From a virus (taxonomy: Duplodnaviria; Caudoviricetes): a stretch of 64,000 bases of DNA. The position numbers and the translations under genes are program-made. Location of the stretch: positions 8,043 to 72,042 of the IMG/VR virus record IMGVR_UViG_3300027374_000458; one strand, 5' to 3'. Positions 63,248 to 64,000 of the stretch are shown here, piece by piece. Numbering within the stretch: position 1 is the stretch's first letter; every line of letters begins with the position of its first letter. The notes under the pieces are model-generated. The model was not told where the DNA came from and searched no databases. It saw nothing but the letters and a program-made list of their open reading frames with translations.

Positions 63248-64000
63248 TCACCAAGCGACAATAATGCCCGCATCGGTGGCTGTGGCGGCAAGTCCGTTAT
63301 TCTCCAGCACCTTCACCAGACTAGGCCAGTAGACCTTATCAGGGAAGGAGGGGAACATGCCGTGGGAGACTTCCTCACTGCCGTCTACCGGCTTAATGCA
63401 GATATTGCCATCCTCTTTCAACGTCAGGCTATGGTGCCCACGGGATGCCAGATCTGCCACCAGCGTTTCCAGGATGTCGCTGCCCTGCGTTTCATACCAG
63501 ATGCGCGGGTCCAGTGACTCCTGACCCGGCGCCGCAGGTTTCTCCTTCGTCCCGTTGATGGGGGCAATCTGAACAAGGGAACAGGCCAGTTTTCCATTCC
63601 GATCCAGGGTGACATCCGCATAATCATAGTCAGGAACGCCGGATACGCGGATACGTCCGGTGCCGCCCACAGCCACAAAGGCTGCGGGATCTTGCATGAC
63701 CCATTCCCAAGTGGCCTCCGGGAAAGCCGATTTCAGGCAGCCGGAAATCCGGTAATTGACGTGATGCAGAAGCGTTCGCATGAGCGCCGTGTCGGGATTG
63801 GATATCCGTTCTGTCTGTCGGAATGTCCGCACGGTGCGTTTGGCAGGAAGCACCTGAGTCAAGATGACCCAGAGGCCCCATACGGCGAACACGGCAATCA
63901 GCAGGGCGTTGCGCAGGATACCGTTGGTGAGGGCCAGAATGGCGATTACTACGCCAATCAGGATGGAAATGCTGCCCCACAGGGGGGTGTTTCTTTTCAT
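63248..64000 (-). CDS. Hypothetical membrane-anchored protein
   Basis: Two N-terminal hydrophobic helices; ATG at the window edge. Confidence 0.75.
   Translation of the reverse strand: MKRNTPLWGSISILIGVVIAILALTNGILRNALLIAVFAVWGLWVILTQVLPAKRTVRTFRQTERISNPDTALMRTLLHHVNYRISGCLKSAFPEATWEWVMQDPAAFVAVGGTGRIRVSGVPDYDYADVTLDRNGKLACSLVQIAPINGTKEKPAAPGQESLDPRIWYETQGSDILETLVADLASRGHHSLTLKEDGNICIKPVDGSEEVSHGMFPSFPDKVYWPSLVKVLENNGLAATATDAGIIVAW

Larger units (their letters stand above)
1..64000. mobile_element. Backbone of a large ICE, plasmid or phage-plasmid (ends outside window)
   Basis: Replication, recombination, partition, TA and anti-restriction genes plus dense small orphans in two converging arms; no host housekeeping synteny. 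Confidence 0.85.

Noticed and set aside
1-64000. CRISPR array, DGR template/variable repeat pair, retron msr-msd, tRNA or att duplication
   Set aside because: None seen by eye; weak or diverged repeats could be missed without a self-alignment
1-64000. Prophage or conjugation module call
   Set aside because: No terminase, capsid, tail, relaxase, VirB4 or VirD4 genes in the window, so the element class cannot be fixed

Overview
The whole 64 kb window looks like the backbone of one large mobile element (ICE, megaplasmid or phage-plasmid) from a Clostridia-like Bacillota host. Host assignment is inference from GGAGG/AAGGAG RBSs, sigma-A promoters and an SLH remnant. No housekeeping chromosome context, rRNA, tRNA, CRISPR array, virion genes or T4SS genes were seen. 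Layout: (1) 1-6.8 kb is a control/cargo hub with a truncated ParB gene, a long structured leader, a 27-bp inverted-repeat pair next to a tyrosine recombinase, a 941-aa exonuclease III (AP endonuclease)-group II intron-like reverse transcriptase fusion, a SLOG protein and an XRE repressor. (2) 6.8-33.4 kb is a plus-strand arm: YqaJ exonuclease, RecD2, candidate annealing protein, beta clamp, primase, PcfK/PcfJ, a sigma region 2-only protein, LigA, many small orphans, SprT, a PIN toxin-antitoxin pair and ParM with a ParR-like partner. (3) 33.4-64 kb is a converging minus-strand arm: DUF932, candidate SSB, sigma-like factor, DarA-C-like, pentapeptide, XF1762/GNAT-like, PAPS-reductase-like, three large orphans and an N6-methylase-SNF2 helicase. 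The strongest novelty candidate is the intact APE/ExoIII-RT fusion with a degenerate HNH and no visible intron RNA, a bacterial protein with LINE-like domain order. Next are the candidate invertible segment and two densely structured leaders. All family calls come from motif recognition by eye; no database searches were run.
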